Origin: Kiritimatiellia bacterium
GTDB lineage: Bacteria; Verrucomicrobiota; Kiritimatiellia; RFP12; UBA1067
Assembly: GCA_017447805.1 (NCBI GenBank)
Contig: JAFSMR010000039.1
Location: forward strand, 33,865-97,864
DNA length: 64,000 nt
Reading direction: 5' to 3'
The notes under the pieces were generated by a model, which did no database searches, had not been told where the DNA came from, and worked only from the letters and a program-made list of their open reading frames with translations. This document shows positions 19,439 to 29,297 of the stretch, piece by piece. Every line of letters begins with the position of its first letter. Within the stretch, counting starts at the first letter, position 1. The translations under genes and the position numbers were made by a program.

Positions 19439-20719
19439 TTACTTATCGCTTTCTTTCTTGTCGCCGGAACCTGTTATGAAATTGAACGCAGAACCGATGC
19501 CCGAGCCGACAGCATCCACCCCTGCGCCAATCCCCGAGCCGATTGCATTTACACCGGTAGAAACGGCGCCGGTAGCGGCGTTAAGACCCGTGCCGACCGC
19601 GCCAGATGCAGATTCTAGAGTAGAAGAAATAGCGCCTGTCGTCGCTTCTACACCAGAGCCAATAGTGCCGGAGTTTTCATCTTTATCTGAGCTATCTGAG
19701 CTGAAAACGCCTGTTACAGCGTCCATCCCGGCGCCAAACGCATTGGAAGCCGCGTCCATTCCGGCGCCGAGCGCGTCGGTAGCCGCGTCCATCCCCGTTC
19801 CGAGAACATCCTTCGCGGCATCGATGCCTCCATTGATTACTTCGCCAACATTGTCGAGTCCTTCAATTGCGACTTTGAGCGCAGAACCAGCGCCGCCAGC
19901 TATCTTATCGGCAGCATCACAGATTGCATCGATTACCTGCTTGAAGACTGCTTCGCCATCCATATCTTCGCCCTTGCCGACATCCTTAAGCTCGATATCC
20001 GGCACAGGTATCGCAACATGACCCCACTGGATGCGAGTTCCGGTGATAAAGATTCTGTCGATTACGACCCTCTTTTGCTTCTTCGCTTCTGGCTGAGGTG
20101 CCTTAGGAGATGGCTCTTCTGCCTTGGGCTCTTCCGCCTTGGGCTCTTCGACCTTAGACTGATCTTTGCCGCCCTTCTTCGCGTTATCGGCAATCTCGCG
20201 TATATTCGAGAATGTCAAATCGCCGTAGAAATACAAATCTTTTACATAGACTTCTTCTATATGGATATTATCGGAAACAAACGAAAGAGTATCAAACCGA
20301 ACATCGATAGCCGTGAAGCTAACCGCGTTTGTTTCGCTCGAAGCCAATGTATCGCCAACCGTGGCAACTGCATCGCCCACCATCTGGCCGACATTTTTCG
20401 TATGCTCCCACGCTGCATCAAGTATTCCATCGCCCTTGACTTCAGAAAAGCTCTTCGCCTTGGCTTCGTAAGCCGTAAAGAAGCTTTCGGGATTCTGAAG
20501 CTGCATATCGCCAATGTGCAGGCGGCCCGTGTAAGGATTCAACTGGAACTCGCCGAGATGGAACGCCGTTCCGGTAATCGCAGGCACCTTCCAATTCGCT
20601 ACACGCGTTACTACAGGCCCAATCCAAAGCGGGATAGTCAGCACTGCGGCAACTATCGCGACCAGCAGCCATACTGCCAGCCAGAAGATGAACTTAAAGA
20701 ATTTCTTTATTGCTTTCAT
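19439..20719 (-). CDS. Hypothetical membrane-anchored protein with EEPKA linker repeats and a Gly/Ala-rich GxGMDA repeat tail
   Basis: Start set at MKAIKKFFKFIFWLAVWLL (TM helix), which overlaps the upstream stop as ATGA. The ORF track allows a longer start at 20827. Confidence 0.6.
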   Translation of the reverse strand: MKAIKKFFKFIFWLAVWLLVAIVAAVLTIPLWIGPVVTRVANWKVPAITGTAFHLGEFQLNPYTGRLHIGDMQLQNPESFFTAYEAKAKSFSEVKGDGILDAAWEHTKNVGQMVGDAVATVGDTLASSETNAVSFTAIDVRFDTLSFVSDNIHIEEVYVKDLYFYGDLTFSNIREIADNAKKGGKDQSKVEEPKAEEPKAEEPSPKAPQPEAKKQKRVVIDRIFITGTRIQWGHVAIPVPDIELKDVGKGEDMDGEAVFKQVIDAICDAADKIAGGAGSALKVAIEGLDNVGEVINGGIDAAKDVLGTGMDAATDALGAGMDAASNAFGAGMDAVTGVFSSDSSDKDENSGTIGSGVEATTGAISSTLESASGAVGTGLNAATGAVSTGVNAIGSGIGAGVDAVGSGIGSAFNFITGSGDKKESDK

Positions 20720-21363
20720 ATTAATGTCTCCACTGTTATTTTTGTTCGATGACCAGAACCAATCGTCTCTACTTCGAGAACATTTGGCGCCCAGCGATCG
20801 CCGAATTTTTTGATTCTGGTTCCCCAAAGCCTTCTTACCGGCTTGCTTTTGGAAAGTTCTTCCGCCTGCATCATTGCGCCAGTCTTTTTATCTACCCAAA
20901 CCCTGACTACACGATCATCTTTGCGCATAAGAATTATGCTGCAAACTTGACCATGCACGCTTTCAGATTCCCTTTCGCTGTCATAGCCGAAATCATCCCA
21001 CCATAGATAATCGAGCGTAAGGTCGCTCCATGTCACATCGGTAGAAAGAATTCTGCCGCGCTTTTCGAATGGAATATCCTTGCCGTTTTCATCGAAAATC
21101 TTTAGCTCCGTTTCACCTAGATCGCGCCTAAGGATATAATTATATTCCGCCTGAACGATTCCTCGCCTGTTTCTTAGGATGATTCTTCCTTCAATCTGCA
21201 CATGCTCCGGAACCATTGTCCTGCAAGCTTCCACTAGATTTTCCGGCGTCGCTTCTTTCACGAACACTTCATTTTTATCCAAAACTTCCGGCAATTCGAC
21301 AGTCTCCGCGCAATATGCCGCCGAGGAACAAAGAAGAGCGCCAATTATCAGGAATCTCTTCAT
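20716..21363 (-). CDS. Hypothetical exported protein (possibly LolA-like lipoprotein-sorting fold; weak)
   Basis: 215 aa with signal peptide MKRFLIIGALLCSSAAYC. Translationally coupled on both sides. Confidence 0.55.
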   Translation of the reverse strand: MKRFLIIGALLCSSAAYCAETVELPEVLDKNEVFVKEATPENLVEACRTMVPEHVQIEGRIILRNRRGIVQAEYNYILRRDLGETELKIFDENGKDIPFEKRGRILSTDVTWSDLTLDYLWWDDFGYDSERESESVHGQVCSIILMRKDDRVVRVWVDKKTGAMMQAEELSKSKPVRRLWGTRIKKFGDRWAPNVLEVETIGSGHRTKITVETLI

Positions 21364-22307
21364 TTCAAGCCCTCCTCGATATCTTCATCTGTCGGTCCGC
21401 CCATTTCGCGTCCCATTTTGTAATATTCCCCGGCTGTCTTTCTGCCCTTCTTGCCATTTACGGCGAGAATGATGCGCGCCATATTATAATAGGCATAATA
21501 GCTTTGGGGATTTGAAATGATGCACTGGTATAAAGTATCTTGCGCCTTGGCATTATCGCCGCTCAACATTTCCAGCCTCGCGCGCAAATTAAGAGCGGCT
21601 TCGTCATTAGGCTTTTCCTCGAGCAATTCGGCGATTATGGCGCTTGCCGCCGCAAAATCCCCTACTTCTATATCTTCTACCGCCAAAGCAAGCCTTGCCT
21701 TGCGCCCTTTTTTGGTGGTCTCGGATTCTTTATCATCCTCTTTTTTTTCTTTATCCTTGTCGGCAGAATCTTTATCATCATCTTTGGACTTCGACTTGGA
21801 GTCTTTGCCGCCATTTATCTTATCATCTACGAATTTTGCATCGCCTTTAGATTTCCTCGCGGCTTTCTTGCGCTTTACTTCCTCTTTCGCTCGGCGCTCC
21901 TCTTCCTTCATCTTTTCATATAGCTTCTCGAGCTCTGTAGTATCGGTTATGGCGATTTGCGCCGAATTTTTCATTACTTCCTCAAGCAAGAGGGTATCTA
22001 TGTGCGAATTGACATACGCGCGCTTGTTGCGCAGCGTCGCGAATTCTTGCGTTGCCGCGCGCTCGGGGTTTTCAAGCTCAATGCGATCTAGTTCCGCTAG
22101 CGCCTTGCGATACTCGGCAACAGCTTCCTCTATCTTGCCTTCATCGGCAAAATCCGTCGCTTTATCTATAAGAATACTCGCTGGTTCCATCAATTCGGAT
22201 ATACGAGGTTGTTTTGTATCATCCTCATCGCTACCGAACGGCCAATACCAACTTGCGCAACTAACCTGCGCCGCTAAAGCGAAAAAAACTAGACCTAGTC
22301 TTCTCAT
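21360..22307 (-). CDS. Hypothetical exported TPR protein with a charged K/E/D low-complexity linker
   Basis: 315 aa with a signal peptide and TPR-like helices at both ends. First gene behind a near-leaderless promoter. Confidence 0.6.
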   Translation of the reverse strand: MRRLGLVFFALAAQVSCASWYWPFGSDEDDTKQPRISELMEPASILIDKATDFADEGKIEEAVAEYRKALAELDRIELENPERAATQEFATLRNKRAYVNSHIDTLLLEEVMKNSAQIAITDTTELEKLYEKMKEEERRAKEEVKRKKAARKSKGDAKFVDDKINGGKDSKSKSKDDDKDSADKDKEKKEDDKESETTKKGRKARLALAVEDIEVGDFAAASAIIAELLEEKPNDEAALNLRARLEMLSGDNAKAQDTLYQCIISNPQSYYAYYNMARIILAVNGKKGRKTAGEYYKMGREMGGPTDEDIEEGLK

Positions 22308-22316
22308 AGGCCATAT

Positions 22317-22353
22317 ATTATACCATATTTTGGCCTCCGGGTCTAGTACCCCC
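22317..22353 (-). promoter_or_regulatory. Promoter of the 22307-to-10683 minus-strand gene string
   Basis: On the minus strand: GGGGGTAC-TAGACC, 17 nt spacer, TGGTATAAT. Only 9 nt lie between the -10 and the ATG at 22307. Confidence 0.55.
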
Positions 22354-22393
22354 TGGTATTAGGCGACGCGGACGCCTTCTCCGCCGCGCCATG

Positions 22394-22430
22394 AAAAAAC
22401 CGCCGCTCGTCAAAGAGTGGCGGTTTTTTA
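22394..22430 (-). terminator. Bidirectional rho-independent terminator after pnp
   Basis: AAAAAA-CCGCCGCTC-gtcaaa-GAGTGGCGG-TTTTTT. The stem has one G-U pair and is flanked by an A-run and a T-run. Confidence 0.8.
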
Positions 22431-22453
22431 GGTTTTTAGGCGCTTTTGCCTAA

Positions 22454-24565
22454 TTAACCATTATTGCTGGCATCCATTTCCTGCATTGCGGCCTTGCGCG
22501 AAAGCTTGATTCTGCCGCGCTCATCCACATCGAGGCACTTTACAAACATCTTATCGCCAACCTTGCAAACTGCTTCAACGCTCGGGACTCTCTTATCGGA
22601 AAGCTCGGAAATGTGGCAAAGACCGTCAATACCAGGCAGAATATTGACGAATGCGCCAAAATCCTTGATTCCTGTAACGACGCCTTCGTAAATCTTGCCG
22701 GGCTCCGCTTCAGCGACAGTTCCTTCGACCGCCTTCTTGGCCGCAGCCATAGATTCTGCGGTATTCGCGAAGATCGAAACGGTTCCATCTTCTTCGATAT
22801 CGATTTGCGCGCCGGTCGTTTCGCAGATTTCGCGAATATTCGCGCCGCCTGGGCCAATGAGCGCACCAATCTTATCGACTGGAATCTTGACAACTTCAAT
22901 GCGAGGAGCGTATTTATTAAGTTCGCCGCGAGGCGCGGGAATTACGCTTTCCATGAAGTCGATAATCTTCAATCTCGCGTCATGTGCGGCCTTTACCGCC
23001 CCTTCGACGAGATCCCACGTAAGACCGCGAAGCTTCAGGTCGACCTGGAAGCCGGTAATACCCTTGCGAGTTCCGCCGACTTTGAAATCCATATCGCCGC
23101 AGTGGTCTTCAGCGCCAAGAATATCTGTTACGAGAACCTTCTTCGATTGATCGGCATTTGTGAATAGACCTATCGAAATACCCGCGACGGTCGCCTTAAG
23201 AGGAACGCCGGCATCCATTAGCGCCAAACAGCCATTGCATATCGACGCCATTGAAGACGAGCCGTTGGACCCCATGATTTCGGATACCACACGAATTGAA
23301 TACGGGAAATCATCCGGCAAAACTTCCGCAATAGAACGTTCGGCGAGTGCGCCGTGACCGATTTCGCGTCTTCCTGTAGAGCCGAGTCTGCCGACTTCAC
23401 CCGTGCAATATGGCGGGAAGTTGTAGTGAAGCATAAAGCGCTTCGACTTATCTCCACCCGTGACCGAATCCAGCTCTTGCGAATCTTTCTTCGTGCCGAG
23501 AGTCACCGTCGCGAATGACTGCGTCTCGCCACGCGAGAAAATCGCCGAACCGTGGATACGAGGCAATACACCTACCTGCGCCGCGAGAGGACGAATCTCG
23601 TGCTGGGCGCGTCCATCGATACGAAGTCCTCTTTCGAGAACATTCTTGCGAACGGTCTCGATTTCGAGCGCATCAAAGAGATGCACGAAGCCGACAGCAT
23701 CGACTTCCGGCCATTTCTCGGAGACTTTCTTTAGCAAATCTTCCTTAATCGCCGTAACCTTGCCCTGACGCTCGAGCTTGCCCTTGATAAGCAATGCGGC
23801 GCTTAGCGCTTCGCCTGCTTCCTGGCGCATGAAATCCATCTTTTCCGGCGGCTGGGGAATATCTTCGATAACCTTATCGGCCTTGCCGAGCGCACGACGC
23901 ATCTCGATTTGGCAATCGATAATCTTTTCGACTTCCTCATGCGCACGCTTGAGGGCAGCGACAAAATCTTCATCGCTGATTTCGCTCGCAGATCCTTCCA
24001 TCATAAGGAATTTGCCGCGAAGACCCGCATAAAGAAGATCGATATCGCTCTTTGCCTTCTGCTCGTGCGTCGGGTTGATTACCCATTCGCCATCGATTCT
24101 GCCGATTCGAACGCATCCAATCGGCCCCATGAACGGAATTTCGCTGATGTGCAACGCCGCAGACGCCGCATTGACCGCGAGAAAATCTGCTTCACGAGTT
24201 CCATCAGACTGAATGAGCGTTCCGTTCACCTGAACGTCATTATAATAACCATCGGGGAAAAGTGGACGAATCGGACGATCGCACATTCTCGCAATGAGAA
24301 TTTCCTTGGAGGTCGGGCGCGCCTCGCGCTTGAAAAAGCCCCCAGGGAATCGGCCGGAAGCGTAGAACTTCTCGCGATACTCGCATTGCAGCGGGAAGAA
24401 ATCAATTCCTTCGCGCGGCGTATCGGTATTCGTTACGGCCGTGAATACGGAAGTATCGCCGTAAGACACCATAACGGCGCCTGCGGCTTGCTGCGCCAGC
24501 AGCCCGGTCTCGAACACGAGGTCGGTCCCCGCGATATTGACCTTAAATTGTTTTGCACCTTCCAT
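22454..24565 (-). CDS. pnp: Polyribonucleotide nucleotidyltransferase (PNPase)
   Basis: 703 aa with two RNase PH domains, KH and S1 (C-terminal GKIYEGVV...GAFV). Confidence 0.95.
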   Translation of the reverse strand: MEGAKQFKVNIAGTDLVFETGLLAQQAAGAVMVSYGDTSVFTAVTNTDTPREGIDFFPLQCEYREKFYASGRFPGGFFKREARPTSKEILIARMCDRPIRPLFPDGYYNDVQVNGTLIQSDGTREADFLAVNAASAALHISEIPFMGPIGCVRIGRIDGEWVINPTHEQKAKSDIDLLYAGLRGKFLMMEGSASEISDEDFVAALKRAHEEVEKIIDCQIEMRRALGKADKVIEDIPQPPEKMDFMRQEAGEALSAALLIKGKLERQGKVTAIKEDLLKKVSEKWPEVDAVGFVHLFDALEIETVRKNVLERGLRIDGRAQHEIRPLAAQVGVLPRIHGSAIFSRGETQSFATVTLGTKKDSQELDSVTGGDKSKRFMLHYNFPPYCTGEVGRLGSTGRREIGHGALAERSIAEVLPDDFPYSIRVVSEIMGSNGSSSMASICNGCLALMDAGVPLKATVAGISIGLFTNADQSKKVLVTDILGAEDHCGDMDFKVGGTRKGITGFQVDLKLRGLTWDLVEGAVKAAHDARLKIIDFMESVIPAPRGELNKYAPRIEVVKIPVDKIGALIGPGGANIREICETTGAQIDIEEDGTVSIFANTAESMAAAKKAVEGTVAEAEPGKIYEGVVTGIKDFGAFVNILPGIDGLCHISELSDKRVPSVEAVCKVGDKMFVKCLDVDERGRIKLSRKAAMQEMDASNNG

Positions 24566-24598
24566 TGTTTATTTACCTATCGCTTAGCAGCCTTTCGT

Positions 24599-24859
24599 TT
24601 AGCGGCGTAGACCAAGCTTCTTGATGAGTTCCTTGTAGCTTTCTTCGTTCGTACGCTTCAGGTAGTCCAGAAGATTGCGGCGGTTTTGGACCTTGCGGAG
24701 AAGGCCGTAACGGGAAGAATTATCTTTCTTATTCGCCTTGAGGTGTGCGGTAAGCGCTTCAATCTGCTTCGTGAGAATCGCTATTTGAACTTCGCTAGAC
24801 CCCGTATCACGATCGTGACGCTGATACTCATTGCGAATTGCGGCTTTATCGAGTTGCAT
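24599..24859 (-). CDS. rpsO: 30S ribosomal protein S15
   Basis: 86 aa (DTGSSEVQIA, HLKANKKDNSSRYGLL). Classic rpsO-pnp gene order. Confidence 0.95.
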   Translation of the reverse strand: MQLDKAAIRNEYQRHDRDTGSSEVQIAILTKQIEALTAHLKANKKDNSSRYGLLRKVQNRRNLLDYLKRTNEESYKELIKKLGLRR

Positions 24860-25000
24860 TTTTCTTTTCCTTATTATTACTGCGAACGGGGAAGTCTACT
24901 CATCCCCCGCCCACAGCCTCGACATGAGGCGCAAAGCACGCTTTCAACCATTGAAAGCACCCGCGGCAGGGATAAACCTCCTTAGACAGTCGCAGATTGC
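24860..25000 (-). promoter_or_regulatory. Structured rpsO 5' leader of about 140 nt (candidate S15 autoregulatory element)
   Basis: Lies between the predicted promoter (25006-25039) and the ATG at 24859. Contains hairpins such as GCTTTCA-atggt-TGAAAGC and GGGGA-tgagtagact-TCCCC. Confidence 0.4.
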
Positions 25001-25005
25001 CGGGT

Positions 25006-25039
25006 ATTGTACCAAATTTTCCGTCCCAATGCAAGGGGG
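25006..25039 (-). promoter_or_regulatory. rpsO promoter
   Basis: On the minus strand: CCCCC-TTGCAT, 17 nt spacer, TGGTACAAT. Confidence 0.55.
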
Positions 25040-25095
25040 CTGCGCGCATTTTTTGCAAACCACGCTCATTTCTCGGACTGCAAATTCTCTAAACT

Positions 25096-25130
25096 CCCCC
25101 CTAGCGGAGGGTGGCTAGAAATGCTATAAT
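25096..25130 (+). promoter_or_regulatory. ddl promoter (leaderless)
   Basis: CCCCCC-TAGCGG, 17 nt spacer, TGCTATAAT (-10 at 25125-25130). The in-frame ATG at 25138 is 7 nt downstream. Confidence 0.55.
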
Positions 25131-25137
25131 ATGGGGG

Positions 25138-26091
25138 ATGTCAACAAATGGTATAAAGAAGGTGGCCGTCTTAATGGGCGGGGTATCGAATGAGCGCACA
25201 ATATCGCTCACGAGTGGAGAAAATGTGGCAAAAGCGCTAGAAAGTCTCGGCAAATATGAAGTTATACGAGTTATTCTAGATTCTGAAGATTTAGATGGCT
25301 TGCCAGAAGACATAGATGCGGCGTATATAGCGCTACACGGCGGCTGGGGGGAAAATGGAGGCGTGCAAGCGGCTTTAGACGCGCGCAAAATCCCTTACAC
25401 TGGGCCTGGCGCCTTCGCTTCGAAGCTAGCAATGGATAAAATCAAGACGAAGCTTATCCTCGAAATGAATGGCGTGCCGACCGCGAATTGGTCGCTCGCT
25501 TCACGCGGAACACTATCTTCGCCATTGCCGCTACCGGTAGTCGTAAAACCACCATGCGATGGTTCATCGGTAGGTATTTCCAAGGTATCGAAGCCAGAAG
25601 ATTGGTCTAAAGCGCTTGAAGAAGCGCTCGCGGCACAAGGAGGCGAAGGGAATATTCTAGTAGAGGAATACATCCCCGGGCGTGAAATGACAGTCGGGAT
25701 AATAGATGGGGTCGCCCTTCCAGTGATTGAAATCGTCGCCAAAGGGGGATGGTATGGTTGGCAGGAAAAATACGAATCAGACGAAACGCGCTATCCCTTC
25801 ATTTTAGACGAAAAGAACGATGAAAAAACAAAGGCGCTTTCTGATGAGCTTCAGCGTATAGCCCTAAAGGCGGCAAAAGCACTGAATTGCCGCGGGGTTG
25901 TTAGGGTAGATTTCAGGGTCAGCCCTCTCGGAAGACCGTACGTCCTTGAGCTCAATACCAGCCCTGGCTTCACAGCACACTCACTTGTGCCGAAAGCCGG
26001 CATGAAGACTGGCCTTACATTCGCCGAGGTTGTAGATAAAATATTATCATGCGCGAAATACGATTCGCAAGAAGACACATGCCAACGCTAA
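25138..26091 (+). CDS. ddl: D-alanine--D-alanine ligase
   Basis: ATP-grasp Ddl (VLMGGVSNERTISL, HGGWGENG, EYIPGREMTV). Start moved from 25111 because the -10 lies inside the longer ORF. Confidence 0.9.
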   Translation: MSTNGIKKVAVLMGGVSNERTISLTSGENVAKALESLGKYEVIRVILDSEDLDGLPEDIDAAYIALHGGWGENGGVQAALDARKIPYTGPGAFASKLAMDKIKTKLILEMNGVPTANWSLASRGTLSSPLPLPVVVKPPCDGSSVGISKVSKPEDWSKALEEALAAQGGEGNILVEEYIPGREMTVGIIDGVALPVIEIVAKGGWYGWQEKYESDETRYPFILDEKNDEKTKALSDELQRIALKAAKALNCRGVVRVDFRVSPLGRPYVLELNTSPGFTAHSLVPKAGMKTGLTFAEVVDKILSCAKYDSQEDTCQR

Positions 26092-26107
26092 AGGGTAATA
26101 TTGACCA

Positions 26108-26974
26108 ATGAGGAAGAATAGAAAATCAAAAAGCATTTTTCACGCTTCTATAAAGACGAATCGTTCGGATGACGGCACTACATCCAAAATAATAATTTGC
26201 ACAATTGGCGCGCTGGCGGGGCTTGCAGCTTTAATAGGCCTCTTCATGGCGTTCAAAGCTATGAAGGCGACTTGGCTCAAGCAGAGCATAATAACGGATG
26301 CTTCAGCGCAGGTAACGATACATTCGGCTCCACACATTCCGAAAGAAGCGATACAACTCGCGTTCGGGCTCAAAGAAGGCGAAAATCTAGCGGAAAAAGA
26401 TTTCGACCATTTGCGAAGCGAAACTATGGCAAAATATCCTGTAATAAGGAATATCATCGTCGAGCGACATTTGCCGGATAAAGTCGAAATATTCGTAGAA
26501 GAACGAGAGCCTGTAGCGAGACTGGAAATCAAAGGCGAGAGAGTTTCTACTGGGCTCGTCGTAGATTCGGAAGGCGTAGTGTTCGATAGGCGTAAAGGCG
26601 TCGAGCTTTTGCCGAGCATACTCGAAAAGAAAGGCTCTACAACCACCAAAGGGCAAAAGCTGAATGGCACTGCGCGCGCGGCGCTCGAGCTCGTCCTTTT
26701 CGGCAGGGAAGATGATTTCGAGAATATCAGAATAAATACGATCGATGCCACGAAAAACGATTATCTCGTAGGCGCGATGAGCAATAGCCAACTCGTGAAA
26801 ATCGCTTGGGAAGGCATGCTAGAGAAACCCACGAATGAATCGAGAAAGATTTTAAAGACCCAGCTCCTGCAGCTGCGAAGCGCAGTCGAATCTAAAGTTG
26901 TCACGAGGCAAGGCCTCACATGGAATGTGCTTGAGCAGGGTATAGTAACAATCGATACCAAGGAACCGCAGTAA
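26108..26974 (+). CDS. ftsQ: Cell division protein FtsQ
   Basis: 288 aa, a single N-terminal TM helix followed by a POTRA-like region. Positioned between ddl and ftsA. Confidence 0.75.
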   Translation: MRKNRKSKSIFHASIKTNRSDDGTTSKIIICTIGALAGLAALIGLFMAFKAMKATWLKQSIITDASAQVTIHSAPHIPKEAIQLAFGLKEGENLAEKDFDHLRSETMAKYPVIRNIIVERHLPDKVEIFVEEREPVARLEIKGERVSTGLVVDSEGVVFDRRKGVELLPSILEKKGSTTTKGQKLNGTARAALELVLFGREDDFENIRINTIDATKNDYLVGAMSNSQLVKIAWEGMLEKPTNESRKILKTQLLQLRSAVESKVVTRQGLTWNVLEQGIVTIDTKEPQ

Positions 26975-26976
26975 TT

Positions 26977-28179
26977 ATGATTAATATCTATGCAGCGCTC
27001 GAAATCGGAACCTCTAAGACGGTTCTTGCGATAGGCGAAGCGCCGACCGGTCAAAAATTAAAACTTTCGTGCTGGGCAGAAATACCTTCTTCCGGCGTGA
27101 GGAAAAGTCAAATTCTCGATATCTCGCAAGCCGCGCAATCGGTTAGAAGCGTAATTAGGGAAATCGAGAAAAAGCAGCTGGCCAAAGGCGATTCTATTAC
27201 GATTGGCAACGCTTTTTTGGTTGTAAACGGTCAACACATCAAAGCCGATCCATTTCAAGGCTCGGTGCCAATCGCCAGAAGAACAGTTTCCAGCGAAGAT
27301 ATCGAAGAAGTTCAGCAAAGTGCGACAACAATGCCCCTTCCGCGTGACCGCGAGAGACTGGATATAGTAGAGAGGGCGTACTCAATCGATGATTTCGGCG
27401 GGGTAGCCGACCCCAAGGGCATGGCTGGGCGAATACTCAAACTCGATACATTCCATATTCATGCCGAGGCGAACAGAATAAACGACGCACGCACAGCCGC
27501 AGGAGAAGCGCACCTCGAACTGCGCGATCCACTATTCGCCGTGACATGCGCGGCAGATGCGGTACTCGATGAAACAGAGAAGCGCGATGGCTGCATGGTA
27601 ATAGATTGCGGAGGCGGTTCCACCGGCTGGGCTATATATTCCGATAATGGACTAGTAGCAACCGGCGTAATAGGCGTTGGCGGCGACCATATTACAAATG
27701 ATATCGCAACAGCTTTTCAAACTACCCAAGCGCAAGCAGAAGATCTTAAAACGCGCGAAGCTTCTGCAATCGTAGGCGCAACTGGCGAGGATGCTTCTCC
27801 AAGGGTTCACCTAGCGGGCTTTTCCACAATGATGGACCAGAGAACGATTTCACGTCATGCCCTAAACACTGTCGTAAATTCAAGATGCCGCGAAATTGTA
27901 GATATCTTGCGCGAAGCGCTGGAAGAAGCCGATATGCAGCATCGCCTTCATTCGGGAATTATTCTAACGGGCGGCGGCGCGGCGATGAGAGGCCTCAACG
28001 AGCTTCTGAAGCGCGAACTTGGCGCAAATGTGCGTTTTGGCGTGCCTAATATCGGAGGGCTGGAAGACGAAAACCACACCGAAAGATTCGCGGCTATTTC
28101 TGGCGCCCTCCTATACGCACACAGGAATTACGAACAAAAGAGTTTCTTGCAGACTCTATTTGGAGGATTCAGGAAATGA
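26977..28179 (+). CDS. ftsA: Cell division protein FtsA
   Basis: 400 aa, actin-like ATPase (LEIGTSK, DCGGGSTG, GGGAAMRGL) with a C-terminal amphipathic tail. Confidence 0.9.
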   Translation: MINIYAALEIGTSKTVLAIGEAPTGQKLKLSCWAEIPSSGVRKSQILDISQAAQSVRSVIREIEKKQLAKGDSITIGNAFLVVNGQHIKADPFQGSVPIARRTVSSEDIEEVQQSATTMPLPRDRERLDIVERAYSIDDFGGVADPKGMAGRILKLDTFHIHAEANRINDARTAAGEAHLELRDPLFAVTCAADAVLDETEKRDGCMVIDCGGGSTGWAIYSDNGLVATGVIGVGGDHITNDIATAFQTTQAQAEDLKTREASAIVGATGEDASPRVHLAGFSTMMDQRTISRHALNTVVNSRCREIVDILREALEEADMQHRLHSGIILTGGGAAMRGLNELLKRELGANVRFGVPNIGGLEDENHTERFAAISGALLYAHRNYEQKSFLQTLFGGFRK

Positions 28180-29285
28180 GCGAAAAATCTTCTACCATGC
28201 TTCTTATGGGCGTAGGCGGCGCAGGGTGCAGAATAGCGCGCCGAATAGTGGAACTTTTCAACGGACCAATTAAAACTCTTCTCGTCGATACAGACGACAA
28301 GAGCTTCGACAATTCCGATTCACCTTGCCTTCTTCTTGGCGGAGAAAGACTATCTGGACGCGGGGCGGGCGGAGAAATCGTAAGTGCGCGAATGGCCGCA
28401 GAAGATTCTATGGGCGCACTAGACAAAAATCTTGCCGGCATACGCCTCGCATGCATCGTGACGGGTCTCGGCGGCGGAACAGGTTCTGGCGCCACATACG
28501 AAATCGCCAAGCACCTTAAACAAAAATTGGGCATCGCTTGCATCGTATTCGCGACCCGCCCGTTTTCATTCGAAGGTGAAGCGCGCCACAGAAATTCGCG
28601 CGGCATGATACCCATGATCGCAGAAGTCGCCAGCGCGAGTTTCTTTCAACAGCTTGACAAGCTCGCACAAAATATCGATAATATGGAGCAGGCAATGGCT
28701 AAAGCTATCGAGACTCTAGCCGCCTCGGTTACGCTTTTCTGGCGCCTTATCGAAAAACCGGGCTACATACGACTCGATTCCGAGAAGATGCGCAAGCTCG
28801 TTCAAGGAGCGGGACGCGGACGCTTCGCCTCGGTTACTTTTGCCGATAGCGATAGAGCTAGGAAATGCGTCGACGCGCTGAGCGATTCGAGACTTCTCAG
28901 CGATGGAACAAACAACGTAAAATCGATGCTTTGCGGAGTATTGGCAGGGGACGATTTACGACTTAGCGAAATCGCGCAAATAGCCCAAGGCGTACAAATC
29001 GCATACGGAACAAATTCCGATTTCGAATTAGCGACGGTAAACGATGAAGAATCGTTCTCCGGCACTCTATCGGTTGTACTGATGCTCTTCGAAAATTCTC
29101 CCAAAGAAACTCTAGTTGCGGAAAAGCCAGCGCGAGGTTCGAGGAAAACCCGCTCCGGCAAGAACGCACTCGCCGCCAGCCCCCAGGGACGTGGAAGGTT
29201 CAACAATTCCGCTCCAACTATTTGGCGTGGCGAAGACCTCGATATCCCGACTTACCTTAGACAAAATATAATTCTAGACTTCTAA
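28176..29285 (+). CDS. ftsZ: Cell division protein FtsZ (divergent)
   Basis: 369 aa with the tubulin signature GLGGGTGSG and the C-terminal FtsA-binding peptide DLDIPTYLRQ. ATGA overlap with ftsA. Confidence 0.85.
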   Translation: MSEKSSTMLLMGVGGAGCRIARRIVELFNGPIKTLLVDTDDKSFDNSDSPCLLLGGERLSGRGAGGEIVSARMAAEDSMGALDKNLAGIRLACIVTGLGGGTGSGATYEIAKHLKQKLGIACIVFATRPFSFEGEARHRNSRGMIPMIAEVASASFFQQLDKLAQNIDNMEQAMAKAIETLAASVTLFWRLIEKPGYIRLDSEKMRKLVQGAGRGRFASVTFADSDRARKCVDALSDSRLLSDGTNNVKSMLCGVLAGDDLRLSEIAQIAQGVQIAYGTNSDFELATVNDEESFSGTLSVVLMLFENSPKETLVAEKPARGSRKTRSGKNALAASPQGRGRFNNSAPTIWRGEDLDIPTYLRQNIILDF

Positions 29286-29297
29286 AATCAAACGGCC

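Noticed and set aside
10683-22308. An 11.6-kb string of eight same-strand genes (TPR gene to hrpB) as a functional system
   Set aside because: The tight spacing suggests co-transcription, but the functions (glgP, hrpB, repeat proteins, exported proteins) show no recognisable common pathway. I treat it as operon packing rather than a system.
21517-22362. 281-aa Ser-rich plus-strand ORF
   Set aside because: It is antisense to the TPR/charged-linker gene, it overlaps that gene's promoter, and it is low-complexity.
26140-26751. 203-aa minus-strand ORF
   Set aside because: It is antisense to ftsQ within the conserved ddl-ftsQ-ftsA-ftsZ order. It is Ser-rich and low-complexity.
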